Of a stretch of DNA of 64,000 nt, positions 53,586-64,000 are shown piece after piece. The stretch comes from Chloropicon primus (taxonomy: Eukaryota), in the NCBI GenBank assembly GCA_023205875.1, contig CP060762.1:248001-312000 (forward strand), in the 5' to 3' direction. The notes under the pieces are model-generated. The model saw nothing but the letters and a program-made list of their open reading frames with translations, made no database searches and had not been told where the DNA came from. A program made the translations under genes and the position numbers. Each line of letters starts with the position of its first letter. Within the stretch, counting starts at the first letter, position 1.

Positions 53586-53941
53586 TTACCCCTGGCACTT
53601 GTACTCGATTCTTTCATTCTTTTCTCACCTCCTGTTGCCGGTTCCTGCTTGCAGTCGTCGTCCCTCTCGCTCGCTCGCTCCCTCCTTCGGCTGGATCGCG
53701 AACAAACAAACAAACAAACACAGAGAGAGAGAGAGAGAAGGGATGGAGGATGAATGATGATGGATCACGGAAGAGATCCATCCCACGTGGTTCCCTCCCC
53801 GCTTCCCCTCCCTTCCTCGATCACTCCACACTCTCGATCGAGGAGCATCGATCGATCGCGATCGATCACAGAGAGCGGGAAGGGGAGGCGGAGGCAGAGG
53901 CCAGGCGCTTGGATCGATCGATCGATCGCAGAGGCAGAGGG

Positions 53942-54874
53942 ATGACTGGGGAGGGTGAGGGTTCCGGAGGAAGGTCAGTGCAAAGCATGCAAGGCCTCGC
54001 CAAGTTTTCGTGCGGGATCGAAGCTCTTTGCGACGATTACGTGAAGCTTCAGAGAGGTGCGATCGTGCAACGCGAGGAGGCAGAGAGGAGGGCGAGGGAC
54101 TTGGAGATCCTGCGAGGGGAGAGCCTCCGGTACCAGGACGCGGTGAAGGCCCTGAGCCACGAGAACGAGGTGCTCAGAGGTCAGGTGGACTTTCTGCAAA
54201 GGAAAGAGAGGGAGAGGGAGGGGGTGACAGGGAAGTCTGCAGACTTGAGCTTGGGCGAGGCCAGCTGCCACTCCGTGCACGAGGTCGAGGAGATCAAGAA
54301 GCTGGAGCGCGATCGGTGCCACTACAAGCACTGCCTCGCAGAGAGCGAGCAGAAGCACGCGTCTCTGCAGAGGCGGTTAGAAGGCAAGTCGGCCATTGTG
54401 GACGCGCTGTCGAAGGAGCTCACCGAGCTGCAGGCGATGCTCTCCAAGGGGCTCGGCGAGCTCACGGACACGAAGAAGCACTTGTGCGACCTTGCAAAGC
54501 ACCAGTACGAGAACGTTCTGAAGATCAAGCAAGTGAGCACCGAGGTGCAGGAGAAAGAAGCCGGCAGGCGGGAATTGGAGCTCGCGCTCGCGAAGGAGAC
54601 GATAGAGAAGGAGAGAACAATCCAAGCAAAGAAGGACGTGGAGTGGGAGTTGCAGAAGTGCAAACAGCAGGTGCAGGCTCTTGCCCAGGAGAGGGGGGAG
54701 CTCAGCTCCATTCTCAAGGGCAAAGACAGAGAGAAGGATGCCCACGCCGCCAGTCTTGCCGAGCAGAGCAAGGAGATCGAGATCATGATTGAAGAGCTGC
54801 GGAGGCACTTGAAGGCCGACGCGATTGAGGAGGGCGACGCGCTTGTCTTGAACCTCAAGATCGAGGCGTCGTGA
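53942..54874 (+). CDS. Uncharacterised coiled-coil protein (~310 aa)
   Basis: E/K/L/Q-rich heptad pattern and GC3-rich codons; 3' part of the 52610 ORF. Confidence 0.7.
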   Translation: MTGEGEGSGGRSVQSMQGLAKFSCGIEALCDDYVKLQRGAIVQREEAERRARDLEILRGESLRYQDAVKALSHENEVLRGQVDFLQRKEREREGVTGKSADLSLGEASCHSVHEVEEIKKLERDRCHYKHCLAESEQKHASLQRRLEGKSAIVDALSKELTELQAMLSKGLGELTDTKKHLCDLAKHQYENVLKIKQVSTEVQEKEAGRRELELALAKETIEKERTIQAKKDVEWELQKCKQQVQALAQERGELSSILKGKDREKDAHAASLAEQSKEIEIMIEELRRHLKADAIEEGDALVLNLKIEAS

Positions 54875-54943
54875 ACGGGCAGGCGGTCTGAAGCTGCAAA
54901 GCAAAGCTTTCTTAATTACAACATGTGTGAAAAGAACTTGTGT

Positions 54944-57900
54944 TTAACGAAGAGTGTTATCGGGGCTCAGCGGACTCGTGGCCGTTTCTGGCTGTTCCTG
55001 AGGAGGTCTGTAGTTTCCAGGGCCAGGTTGCATCCCAACAAACTCGGGGGCGAGGATGTCTGCCTCTCCTGCATCCAGGTGAAGCATGTCGTACTGCCTG
55101 TTCCTCCTGAAAACCTTGTCCTGGATGTTGCTGACAGCAATTCTCAGCTTTGGGAACCTGTCGTAGAGATCCTCTCTCTTGACATAGGCTACGGTTCCCA
55201 CGGCCCCCATGATGGCGACGAAGACGAAGAAGGTTACAACCCCGGCGTGGCCTCCCTTCTTAGACGAATTGCCAGGATCCTGCGATGACGAGGAATCGGG
55301 ACTGTAAGGAGGGGCGTAGCCACCATCTCCGCCGGAACCGTGTCGCCCCCCGCTCGGCGGTGCGGGTGTCGGGGAGTAACCACCTTTGTGGTCGTCGTGG
55401 CTGTAGTCCTTGTGGTCACCTGGCCTGGTGCACACGCTTGGCCTCTCTTGGGTGCAGAACCAACCTGGCTCGTGCTGGCACATGTGGTCGCAGCCATCCC
55501 CGTCGTTCACGTTTCCGTCGTCGCACTCCTCGGCGCCCTCGACAATTCCATTGCCGCAAATAGAAAGCCAGTTCACGACCCTCCAGTGAGGGATGAAAGA
55601 CATCCTGAGGTCGTGCCCGTTCCCTGTGGCATCAATCACATTGTACCCGTTGCCCGCGTCGAACCTCCAGTACGCCACAAGATCTGGGTGGTTGGGATCC
55701 AGCCCTGGGTTGTTGTAGCCATGAGAATTGGACAATCCGTCGTCTGCTCGCATGCCCTCGTTGATTTCTGCTTCAGTCCTCACGACCTTCCACAGCCTCA
55801 TCTCCTCGATCATTCCAAAAAAGTCCTCCGATCCGTACTCGTTGACTTCCTTGGCCTGAGTGTCGCCCTTGGCACCCTCGTCAGAGTCAAAGCAGCCTCC
55901 AAGGCAATCTTGCTCCCTTCCGATGACGAGAGTCCCGCCCGAAGGGATGCTCTTTCCCTTGCCCCGCATGGCAGTCCAGACTCTCCTTCCGTTGTCATAC
56001 AGGATGGTCTCGCCCGTCCTGGACTCCCAAGTCACAGCGATGTGATGCCACTGGCCGTCCGTCGCTGAAATACCAGAGTGGTGGTCCTTGTAGGTACCTT
56101 CATCCTCCATAACCGACACGCCCCAGTCATTGTAATCAAACAGCAAAAAGGAGTTATCAGCTTTCTCGTAGCCACCAGTGGCATAAGAGAACGGGGTGCC
56201 CTTTCTGCACTTGTCCGCAGACCACATCCAAAACTCAAGGGTGACAGCGTGCGCGGGGAATTGCTCAAAGTTTTCGAGCATGAGCACCTGCTGGTCGTCG
56301 AGCTCCAGGGCGTAACCCGCGGTCCCGGGCCTCGGGAGCTCGACGGGCTGTCCATCCTCCCTCTCCAGGGGGCAGTAAGACAGGTGCCACGTGGGTCCGC
56401 TTCCTCCCAGCTTGAGGTTGTTGATGTACCTCGGGATCATCTGGCCGTTGTAGTTGGTGTCCACCTGGTTCTCGATCTTGCTGTCGTACGCCCTGAATTC
56501 GTATTGGAATGCGAGGCCCCTCTCGTTGCTGCCGCTCAGCTGTCGGGTCATCGCGTCCTTGATCTCCCTGGCGCTGCGAACCGTGTCCCAGATTCTCAGG
56601 TCTGCCATGCTGCCGTGGTACCCATTCGTCGGGGAGAAGCACCCTGCGAAGCACTCCTGGTTCTGCCCGAGGACCAAGGACCCAGAGGCCGTTCTGTCAG
56701 TGCCGCTGGCGATGTGGGGGTCGACGCCCCCCTTGGTGGGAGACTTGTGCTTCACCACGTGCTTGTCCGAACTCCAGAAAGGCTTGTACTCGACGCCGTC
56801 AAAGTACAGCTTGGTCTCTCCCGTGGAGTAGCTCCACGTGACCGCGATGTGGTGCCACTGGTCGTCCCTCCAATCCACGGCAAAGTCGATCCAGTTGTCA
56901 AACTTGAATCCGTTCCCCTGCCTGTTGGCGTTGATGTGAACGGAGATCGTGCCCAGAGTCGACTTGAGGTCGGACTTTTTGATGTCAGGGAGCCAGCCGG
57001 AATCGATGAACTCGTTGTTGTACTTCTCGATCAGGATGGCATCGTCCATGAAGACGGCATCCGCGTACCCGCCGTCGTCGTCGACCCTCCCGTTCCCCTT
57101 CTTGATCGCCGCGAAGGAGAAGAGCTCCTGGTACTTGTCCCTGTCCTCGGCCGCGTCGCTCACGCGGGGGGTCTTGCTCCAGAACTCGACGGTGATGTCC
57201 TTGGTGGGCATTCCCTGGAAGTACGCGTTCATCGCGTAGTTGTTCTGGAAGTCAAGCGCCGGGAACCCGAGGTCCTTGCCTCGGTAGATCACGTTGTCCT
57301 CCGACTGCTTTGGCGTCGTCAGGATGTTCAAGTTGTTGTTCCTCCCGCTCGAGTCCTTGGCCTGGTAGTGGGTGGTCATGATCCCCCTGTCCCCGACCAG
57401 GTCGTCGAACTTCCAGTAGGCGACGAGGTCGCTGTCCCTGATCTCCGGGCCCGAGTACCTGAAGTGCTTCAAGACCTCGGTCTGCGTGAGCTCCCTGCTC
57501 CAGATCCTCACCTCGTCCATCATGCCGTAGAACGCCTGCTGCTTCTCGAAGCAGCCGTTGTAGCAGTCCTGCTCGGCCCCAAGGACGAGGGCCCCCCCGG
57601 GCTTGATCTCCTGGGTGTTCCCAGTCTCCGCCTGGGCCCTCTTCATGCCGTCGACGTACACGGTGGTGAGGCCCTTCTTCCTCGAGTTCCAGGTCACCGC
57701 GAGGTGGTGCCACTGGCCGTCCGCGAGGTTGATCTTCTGGTCCGTCGACTCCTTGGACTTCTTGAACGCCGACCTGCAGCTCAGGTTCTCCGGGTCCGGG
57801 ATGCGGTCCAGGAGCTCGAAACCCCTGCACGCGAGGAGGTCCTGGATGTCCCAGATCACGAACGAGTTCGCGGCCTTCACCCTCTCCGCGGCGTCCTTGG

Positions 57901-58162
57901 AGTCCGTCTTCTCCGCGTACGACACCACCGCACCGGTATGGCACTTGTCCGACGTCCTCAGCCACGCCTCGAACGTCAGCTCCGTCGTCGGCATGTCGTG
58001 AAACGGCTCCACCGTCGCGATGTTGTCCGAGAAAAGCAGGGCGTACCCCGCACCTCCGGGGATCGAGGGGTCCGCACGAGCCACGCAGGCCGTAGCCGCA
58101 GCCACGAGAACCTGCACCACCAGCAGCAGGCGACGACGGCGCCAACACCAAGAAGGCATCAT
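54944..58162 (-). CDS. Type I membrane protein: signal peptide, 3 LamG/pentraxin domains, Cys-rich repeat, TM, short tail
   Basis: Three copies of WHH(L/I)AVTW.S / LV(L/I)G.(E/N)Q(D/E)C..GCF / R(I/L)W; ICGNGIVEGAEECDDGNVNDGDGC; TM VVTFFVFVAIMGAVGTVAYV. Confidence 0.85.
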   Translation of the reverse strand: MMPSWCWRRRRLLLVVQVLVAAATACVARADPSIPGGAGYALLFSDNIATVEPFHDMPTTELTFEAWLRTSDKCHTGAVVSYAEKTDSKDAAERVKAANSFVIWDIQDLLACRGFELLDRIPDPENLSCRSAFKKSKESTDQKINLADGQWHHLAVTWNSRKKGLTTVYVDGMKRAQAETGNTQEIKPGGALVLGAEQDCYNGCFEKQQAFYGMMDEVRIWSRELTQTEVLKHFRYSGPEIRDSDLVAYWKFDDLVGDRGIMTTHYQAKDSSGRNNNLNILTTPKQSEDNVIYRGKDLGFPALDFQNNYAMNAYFQGMPTKDITVEFWSKTPRVSDAAEDRDKYQELFSFAAIKKGNGRVDDDGGYADAVFMDDAILIEKYNNEFIDSGWLPDIKKSDLKSTLGTISVHINANRQGNGFKFDNWIDFAVDWRDDQWHHIAVTWSYSTGETKLYFDGVEYKPFWSSDKHVVKHKSPTKGGVDPHIASGTDRTASGSLVLGQNQECFAGCFSPTNGYHGSMADLRIWDTVRSAREIKDAMTRQLSGSNERGLAFQYEFRAYDSKIENQVDTNYNGQMIPRYINNLKLGGSGPTWHLSYCPLEREDGQPVELPRPGTAGYALELDDQQVLMLENFEQFPAHAVTLEFWMWSADKCRKGTPFSYATGGYEKADNSFLLFDYNDWGVSVMEDEGTYKDHHSGISATDGQWHHIAVTWESRTGETILYDNGRRVWTAMRGKGKSIPSGGTLVIGREQDCLGGCFDSDEGAKGDTQAKEVNEYGSEDFFGMIEEMRLWKVVRTEAEINEGMRADDGLSNSHGYNNPGLDPNHPDLVAYWRFDAGNGYNVIDATGNGHDLRMSFIPHWRVVNWLSICGNGIVEGAEECDDGNVNDGDGCDHMCQHEPGWFCTQERPSVCTRPGDHKDYSHDDHKGGYSPTPAPPSGGRHGSGGDGGYAPPYSPDSSSSQDPGNSSKKGGHAGVVTFFVFVAIMGAVGTVAYVKREDLYDRFPKLRIAVSNIQDKVFRRNRQYDMLHLDAGEADILAPEFVGMQPGPGNYRPPQEQPETATSPLSPDNTLR

Positions 58163-59498
58163 CTTCTTCAGGAACCCTTCCGTCTCGTGACGACAAGACC
58201 GAGAAGAAGAAGAAAAGAAAGACGGAGAGAAAGAGAAAAGGAAACAAAAAAAAAAGCGGAAGCGGAACCGGAAGCGGCTCTTGGTGTCGCGCGCGCTTCC
58301 CTTGGCGGCCCAGTCGTGGCGTCTCCCCCACCCCACCCGAGCGCGCGCGAGTGTTCACGTCGTCGTCAGGACGTCGCGCGATCGATCACCTCTTTTTTTT
58401 TTTTTTTTTTTACGTGGCCGTTACTTTGTCTCGAGGGCTCCGAACACAGGGATTTCTGTAACGGCTAAAAACAGTGAGAGGGAGGGCTGATCCAAGGAGG
58501 GAGAGGGAGGGTGAAGAAGGAAGGTCCTCGTCCTCGCGCCCGGAGGTGAGGTCCCTCCCGTGCTGCCAAGGCCAAAGGGGGATTGCCGTTTTGGTGCCTC
58601 TCTCTCTTTCTCTCTGTGTGTGTGTGTGTGTGTGTGTGTGTTCGAACCTTTTCGGTCGAAGCGAAGCAGGAGCCAAGGTGGTCACACGATTACGATGAGG
58701 AGGACAGAGAGAGAGAGAGGATAGCCAGCAGCAAGGGATCCATCCCTTGGTGTGGTTGAGGTTGAGGTTTGCGCAACGACAAGAAGAAGCAAGCTCGATC
58801 ACAACATAAAGAGGCGAGGGAGGAGGATGCAGGGGCACTGGGCCGTGGCCAATCGACGACGATCTGCGTGCCAAAGAGAGGACCCCCCGAGGGTGTGGCC
58901 AAGCGAGCGGGAGTATCCAACAAAAGGTTGAACGTTCATCACCCTCACCAAAGAGAGAAAGAGAGAGAGAATGAGAAAGAGAGAGGGAGGACTCGACATT
59001 ACCCAGGGTAACCAGTGTCCAAGTGTGCAAGAAAACAAGGCAGGATGGAGAAAGGTCGTCGGCTGTGGTCCATGGTCCTCCTCCTCCTCCTCGTGCCGCT
59101 CCGTTGCTCCAGGTTTCGGGTTTCGGGTTCCTCGTTTTTCGAGTGCTTGGATGCTTTGCACGGAGATCCTCGCGCCGCATTTAGAGCCGCTCGTCCTCAT
59201 TGGCTCTCGAAGAGCCACCGCGCGCCAACCGTGAGACTCTTGGTCGGTCAACCTTCGTGGTCGTCCTTCCTCCTCGTCGCGAAACCAATCGCTCGCTTGA
59301 GATCGAAGCGTCTGCTCGGGACCTTTCGATCAACCCATTGCTCGGTCCGTGCATCGCAGCGCGCTCGAGCCAAGCCCACGGCCGGTGGTTTTGAATCAAA
59401 GGCATCGCGGTGACGTGTCTGCCATTGCAAACTGCAATTGGTTTGGTTTGGTTTGGTTTTGGTTTTGGTTTTTGGTTTTGGTTTTGCTCGCGTGAAAG

Positions 59499-60797
59499 AT
59501 GCCGCCGTACGCTGAGCCTGACAAGGCGATCACGTCGTCCGGCGTGAAAGAGAGCGACCCGAAGACGAGGAAGTACGTTCGCATTGGGAACTTCGAGTAC
59601 GACGTGACGGACTTCAAGCACCCGGGAGGGAGCGTGATAAATTACATGTTGACGTCGCTCGGTGCGGATGCCACGGAGACGTTCAAGGAGTTTCACATGA
59701 GGTCGAGGAAGGCGCAGAAGATGCTGAACTCCTTGCCGAAGAGGATCGCCGGCGCCAGGGAGTTCGTGGACAAGAAGGAGCAGGAGCTGCTGGAGGCGTT
59801 CAAGCAGTTCAGGACGGAGCTCTCGAGGGAGGGCTTCTTCAAGACGGATGTGAAGCACGTGGTGATGCGTATGGTGGAGCTGGCGATGATGTTCGCCCTC
59901 GGCATGTACCTCTTCTCCGTCAAGGGCTTCATGGCGAAGGGCCTCGCGATTATCGTTCTGGGGATCTTCGGAGCGAGGTGCGGCTGGCTCCAGCACGAGG
60001 GGGGGCACAACTCCCTGACTGGCAACATGTGGGTCGACAAGAGGATCCAGAGAGCCTTCATCGGGTTCGGCTTGGGGTCCTCCGGATCGATGTGGAACAG
60101 CATGCACGAGAAGCACCACGCGACGCCCCAGAAGATCGGCTACGACATGGACCTCGACACCGTGCCCCTCGTCGCTTTCTTCAACACGGCCATCGAGAAG
60201 AACAGGAGCAGGACTTACTCCAAGATCTGGATCAAGCTCCAGGCGTGGACCTTCCTGCCCGTGACCTCGGGCTGCTTCGTCATGCTCTTCTGGCTGTTCT
60301 ACTTGCACCCAAGGAAGGTCCTGAGGGAGAAGAGCATCGAGCAGGCGCTGTGGATGCTCTCCTCGCACACGGTCCGCCCCGCCCTCATGGCCGCCGTCTC
60401 CGGGCTCGGGTTCTGGCAGTGCTACGGCCTCCACTGGGTCACCCTGTGGATCGCGGGCCAGTACCTCTTCGGGCACTTCTCCCTGTCCCACACCCACACC
60501 GACACCGTGGCCGATGACAAGTTCAAGAACTGGGTGGAGTTCGCCGTCCACCACACCGTGGACATCAACCCCCAGAACCCCCTCATCAACTGGGTCATGG
60601 GCTACTTGAACTGCCAGGTCGTGCACCACTTGTTCCCAAACATGCCTCAGTACAAGCAGCCTGAGGTGTCCAAGAGGCTGGTCAAGTTCTGCAAGGAGAA
60701 CGGTCTCCAGTACACCGTCATCTCCTACTGGGAGGCTTGGAAGAGGACTTTCAAGAACTTGAACGAGGTCGGAGACCATTACTTCACCATGGGATGA
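59499..60797 (+). CDS. Front-end fatty acid desaturase with cytochrome b5 domain (Delta5-like)
   Basis: HPGG heme motif; His boxes HEGGH, HEKHH and QVVHHLFP. Confidence 0.93.
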   Translation: MPPYAEPDKAITSSGVKESDPKTRKYVRIGNFEYDVTDFKHPGGSVINYMLTSLGADATETFKEFHMRSRKAQKMLNSLPKRIAGAREFVDKKEQELLEAFKQFRTELSREGFFKTDVKHVVMRMVELAMMFALGMYLFSVKGFMAKGLAIIVLGIFGARCGWLQHEGGHNSLTGNMWVDKRIQRAFIGFGLGSSGSMWNSMHEKHHATPQKIGYDMDLDTVPLVAFFNTAIEKNRSRTYSKIWIKLQAWTFLPVTSGCFVMLFWLFYLHPRKVLREKSIEQALWMLSSHTVRPALMAAVSGLGFWQCYGLHWVTLWIAGQYLFGHFSLSHTHTDTVADDKFKNWVEFAVHHTVDINPQNPLINWVMGYLNCQVVHHLFPNMPQYKQPEVSKRLVKFCKENGLQYTVISYWEAWKRTFKNLNEVGDHYFTMG

Positions 60798-61144
60798 CGA
60801 TGATGTTGAGGGGACTCCTTCCTTCCTTCCTCGATCACGGTGGTGGAACCAGAAAGAATCTTTCATTATATGAACCCAGTATTTTTTTCGTTGTCGTCTG
60901 CTTTATTGGACGGGCAACGCTGTCTTGTAAAAAAAAAACATAACATAACATCCCCTCCCCCAGTCCAGTGGCGTGTGACTGCGAGCCTCCTCCCGTTCCT
61001 CCCCCCCCACCCTCGGAGAGAAGAAGTGGCTCAGTCGTAGCAGAGACAACAACGCTTTCCCTTCTCACGCGCGCCGCTCTTCATCGCTTGATGATGCTTG
61101 CCCCTCCTCCTCGCCAGGGCAGAGGACTCCAACGAAAGCAGAAA

Positions 61145-61425
61145 CAGAAGGGGAAGATGATCCAAATCCAAATCCAAATCCTTTCCTCCTCCTCGCCACC
61201 CACCTCCACCCTTCCTTGCCCGCCCACTCCCTTCATCCATCCTTGTTCCTGATGCAATGCCTGCAAAGCAGAGGGAGAGAGCGAGGCAGCAGTGCAGCAA
61301 AGCGATGCAGAAGAAGCAGAAGGGGAAGATGATCCAAATCTAAATCCAAATCCAAACTCTTTCCTCCTCCTCGCCACCCACCTCCACCCTTCCTTGCCCG
61401 CCCACTCCCTTCATCCATCTTGTTC
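61145..61425. repeat. Direct repeat upstream of CDKG, ~105 bp x2, period 172-178 bp
   Basis: cagaaggggaagatgatccaaatc...cacctccacccttccttgcccgcccactcccttcatccatc at 61145 and 61317. Confidence 0.9.
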
Positions 61426-61463
61426 AGCAGCAGCAGCAGAGCAGCAGGCAGAGCAGGAGCAGG

Positions 61464-62783
61464 ATGGCGTTTGCGACCCGCCAGGCTGCGGAGCTCGAGT
61501 CCTTTCGCAGCGAGCAGCGAGGCGAAGGGGAGGAGGGAGGGAGCGGCAGGGGTGATTGCGTCGAGGAATGCAAGCGGCAGAGGCTCGGGGGCGACGGGGA
61601 CCGAGGCGTCGTTCCGGCAGGAGGTGATCTGGTTCTGGATCAGAAGCCGAGGCAGGAAGTCCATGGGGGTGGTGGTGAAGAGGAGCCAGGTTTGTACATT
61701 CCTGGGCCGCTGGAGGGGTGCCGGTCGGTGGATGAGTTCGAGAAGCTGAACCACATCGATGAGGGGTCGTATGGCGTGGTGTACCGGGCGAGGGACAAGA
61801 GGAGCGGCAAGGTCGTGGCGTTGAAGAAGATAAAGATGTCGAAGCAGAAGGAAGGGTTCCCGCTCACCTCCGTGCGGGAGATCAACATCCTTCTCGGTCT
61901 CGACCACCCGAACATCCTGAACGTGAGCGAGGTCGTGGTGGGCAAGAGCCTGGACTCGATATTCCTGGTCATGGAGTTCATGGAGCACGACCTGAAGGGC
62001 CTGCTGGAGGAGCTGAGGAAGCCGTTCTCGACCGCGGAGGTGAAGGCGCTGATGAAGCAGCTCCTCTCCGGCTTGGCGTACATGCACGACAACTGGGTGT
62101 TTCACAGGGACCTGAAGACTTCGAACATCCTGTACAATAACAAGGGTGAGGTGAAGATATGCGACTTTGGCCTCGCGAGGACGTACGGCTCGCCCCTCAA
62201 GGCGTACACCCAGCTGGTGGTGACCCTGTGGTACAGGGCGCCCGAGCTCCTCCTGTCGGAGGGGGTCTACTCACCGGGGATCGACGTCTGGTCGATGGGG
62301 TGCATCATGGCGGAGCTCCTGACGAGGAAGCCGCTGTTCAAGGGGAAGACGGAGATCGAGCTGATCGACAAGGTCTTCGCCCTGCTGGGGACTCCCACGG
62401 ACGAGTCCTGGCCAGGGTTCTCGGAGATGAAGCTGGTGAAGAAGGTGAAGTTCAAGAACCACCCGTGCTCCCAGCTCAGACAGAAGTTCCCAAAGTTCGC
62501 CTTCAGCGCCGGCCAAGTCACCCTGAGCGACAAGGGCTTCGACCTCCTGGAGAGGATGCTGTGCTACGACCCGGCCAAGCGCATCACGGCGAGGGAGGCG
62601 GCGGACCACGAGTGGTTCAAGGAGGTTCCCCGGCCGCAGGACCTGTTCCTCATGCCGACCATCTCGTACAGCACGGCGCCGAGGAAGGCGAGGCACGACT
62701 CCCCCGACCCCCTCGAGGAGCAGCGCCGGAGGGAGCAGCTCCAGGACCACAACCAGGAGGGCGGGGGCCTCTTCCAGTTCTGA
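61464..62783 (+). CDS. CDKG: Cyclin-dependent kinase G / CDK11-like
   Basis: [33 protein letters not shown] (PLTSLRE-type), [13 protein letters not shown]. Confidence 0.92.
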   Translation: MAFATRQAAELESFRSEQRGEGEEGGSGRGDCVEECKRQRLGGDGDRGVVPAGGDLVLDQKPRQEVHGGGGEEEPGLYIPGPLEGCRSVDEFEKLNHIDEGSYGVVYRARDKRSGKVVALKKIKMSKQKEGFPLTSVREINILLGLDHPNILNVSEVVVGKSLDSIFLVMEFMEHDLKGLLEELRKPFSTAEVKALMKQLLSGLAYMHDNWVFHRDLKTSNILYNNKGEVKICDFGLARTYGSPLKAYTQLVVTLWYRAPELLLSEGVYSPGIDVWSMGCIMAELLTRKPLFKGKTEIELIDKVFALLGTPTDESWPGFSEMKLVKKVKFKNHPCSQLRQKFPKFAFSAGQVTLSDKGFDLLERMLCYDPAKRITAREAADHEWFKEVPRPQDLFLMPTISYSTAPRKARHDSPDPLEEQRRREQLQDHNQEGGGLFQF

Positions 62784-63356
62784 CATGGCATCGTTACGGG
62801 GTCTCGGTTGGGGGAGGAGGGGAGGAGGCAGTGGCGGGGCGGGGCAACGTGGGAAGGGGGTTCTCACGTCCAGTTCCAGCGTCTTCGTCATCCTCCCAAT
62901 GGCGTTGTGGAGTGAAATCCGGATTTCATCCCCAGTCCTTTTAAGTTTATTCGTTTATCATGAATCAATACACAGCAGAGCAAGAGATCTGAAGCTCGGG
63001 TTGTTGCGTCAAGTCAGTCTCAACTTGTTGCTCGACGGATCAATCTCTCCTCGAAGACATCCCCTTCTCACTCTCACTCTCACACAGACTTTGGGGATCT
63101 TGGATCTCTCTCGGACTCGGCGGAAAAACCTAAAAAGCATTTTTGGCACAGAATTTGACGGAGAGGTTGGCTCGACCTTACCTTCGGGTGGACGGAAGCC
63201 TTCGCGAGAGGGACGCGCGCCAAGGAGCAACGCATTCGTTCCTCGCGTCACGCTCGCGCACGGACACACACACGCACACGCACGCACGCACTTTTTTTTC
63301 TTTCATTCCATTCAATGTGTTCCTTGGTGTCCTCGAAAGGACACTTGGGTTCCGTG

Positions 63357-64000
63357 ATGCCCACGACCAAAGGGTTTCTTCCAAGCGTCTCGCCGCGGTG
63401 TTCGGTCAGCGCTCTTGGGCAGAGGCACCTCAGGAGGGCAAGAGACAAGGCTGTCCTCGCTCTCGCGTCCAGGAGGTCGGAGAGACGCACCACCCCCATC
63501 AACAACAACTCGAGGCCTGTGCTGCTAGCGGAGAAGCAACAGGAGGGCGTGAGAGGCTCGACCCTACGGGCCGCCAACTCGTCACCAAAGGAGACCGAGT
63601 CACGGTAAGGCGTGTTCCCTCCTTCTGCTCGTGCTTGCTCGTCCCTCCGATGCTGGTGAGCAGCGAACAACAAAACGGACCCGCTGACCGGATCGCGGAT
63701 CGCTTCTCGCTCTTCTTCTTCTTCTTGTTGCTCGATCGAACGTTCCAGCTTGTTCCAAACGTACCTCAAGGTGTCCAACGTGTTCGCCAACCTCTTCCCC
63801 ATCTGGACGGTCGCGGCGGCGGCGGCTGGGTTGGCGAACCCGTCCCTGTTCTCTTGGCTCACGACGTCTTACTTCACTGCTGGGCTCGGGATACTTATGT
63901 TCAGCATGGGTATCACGCTTACGCTGCAGGACTTTAAGAGAGTCCTGTCCAAACCAGGGCCGGTGACCATCAACTTCTTGTGCTGCTACGTTCTGATGCC
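63357..64000 (+). CDS. Plastid bile acid:sodium symporter family protein, 3'-truncated by the window; intron 63605-63748
   Basis: Transit-like exon 1. Exon 2 reads ANLFPIW...PSLFSWL...GLGILMFSMGITLTLQDFKRV...P, typical of BASS1/2. Confidence 0.85.

Noticed and set aside
52610..54874. 754-aa ORF overlapping COX11
   Set aside because: The 5' part is an alternative frame over COX11 and intergenic microsatellites; only 53942-54874 looks coding.
1..64000. tRNA, rRNA, transposase or viral genes
   Set aside because: None recognised by eye; small ncRNAs cannot be excluded without Infernal/tRNAscan.

Overview
Gene-dense, GC-rich, intron-poor eukaryotic nuclear DNA from a green alga. Evidence: plastid-targeted ALB3, CLD1 and BASS genes, short GT-AG introns, and the chlorophyte TGTAA poly(A) signal after many stop codons. 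A compact picoplanktonic chlorophyte such as Chloropicon is my inference only. About 34 protein-coding genes are supported. Most are housekeeping: proteasome alpha2 and beta6, aldolase, Vps72/YL1, TRM61, ARPC5, Tim13, S6K, MPDU1, GRWD1, tomosyn, CAT transporter, MTA nucleosidase, elongin C, COX11, front-end desaturase, CDKG and a partial BASS. Unusual proteins include a CBM2-like receptor kinase, a triple-GAF protein with no output domain, an MKKS/BBS6 chaperonin only 81 nt downstream of a membrane guanylyl cyclase, a FABP-like protein and a triple LamG/pentraxin membrane protein. The most striking signal is non-coding. A degenerate ~25-60 bp element with a palindromic GCTCTTTCGAAAGAGC-like core lies upstream of many genes, mostly in fixed orientation to transcription. 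It occurs as back-to-back pairs ~266-280 bp apart at divergent promoters. Many intergenic tandem duplications have a nucleosome-like period of ~175-185 bp, plus one of 146 bp. All alignments and domain calls were made by eye, without database searches.
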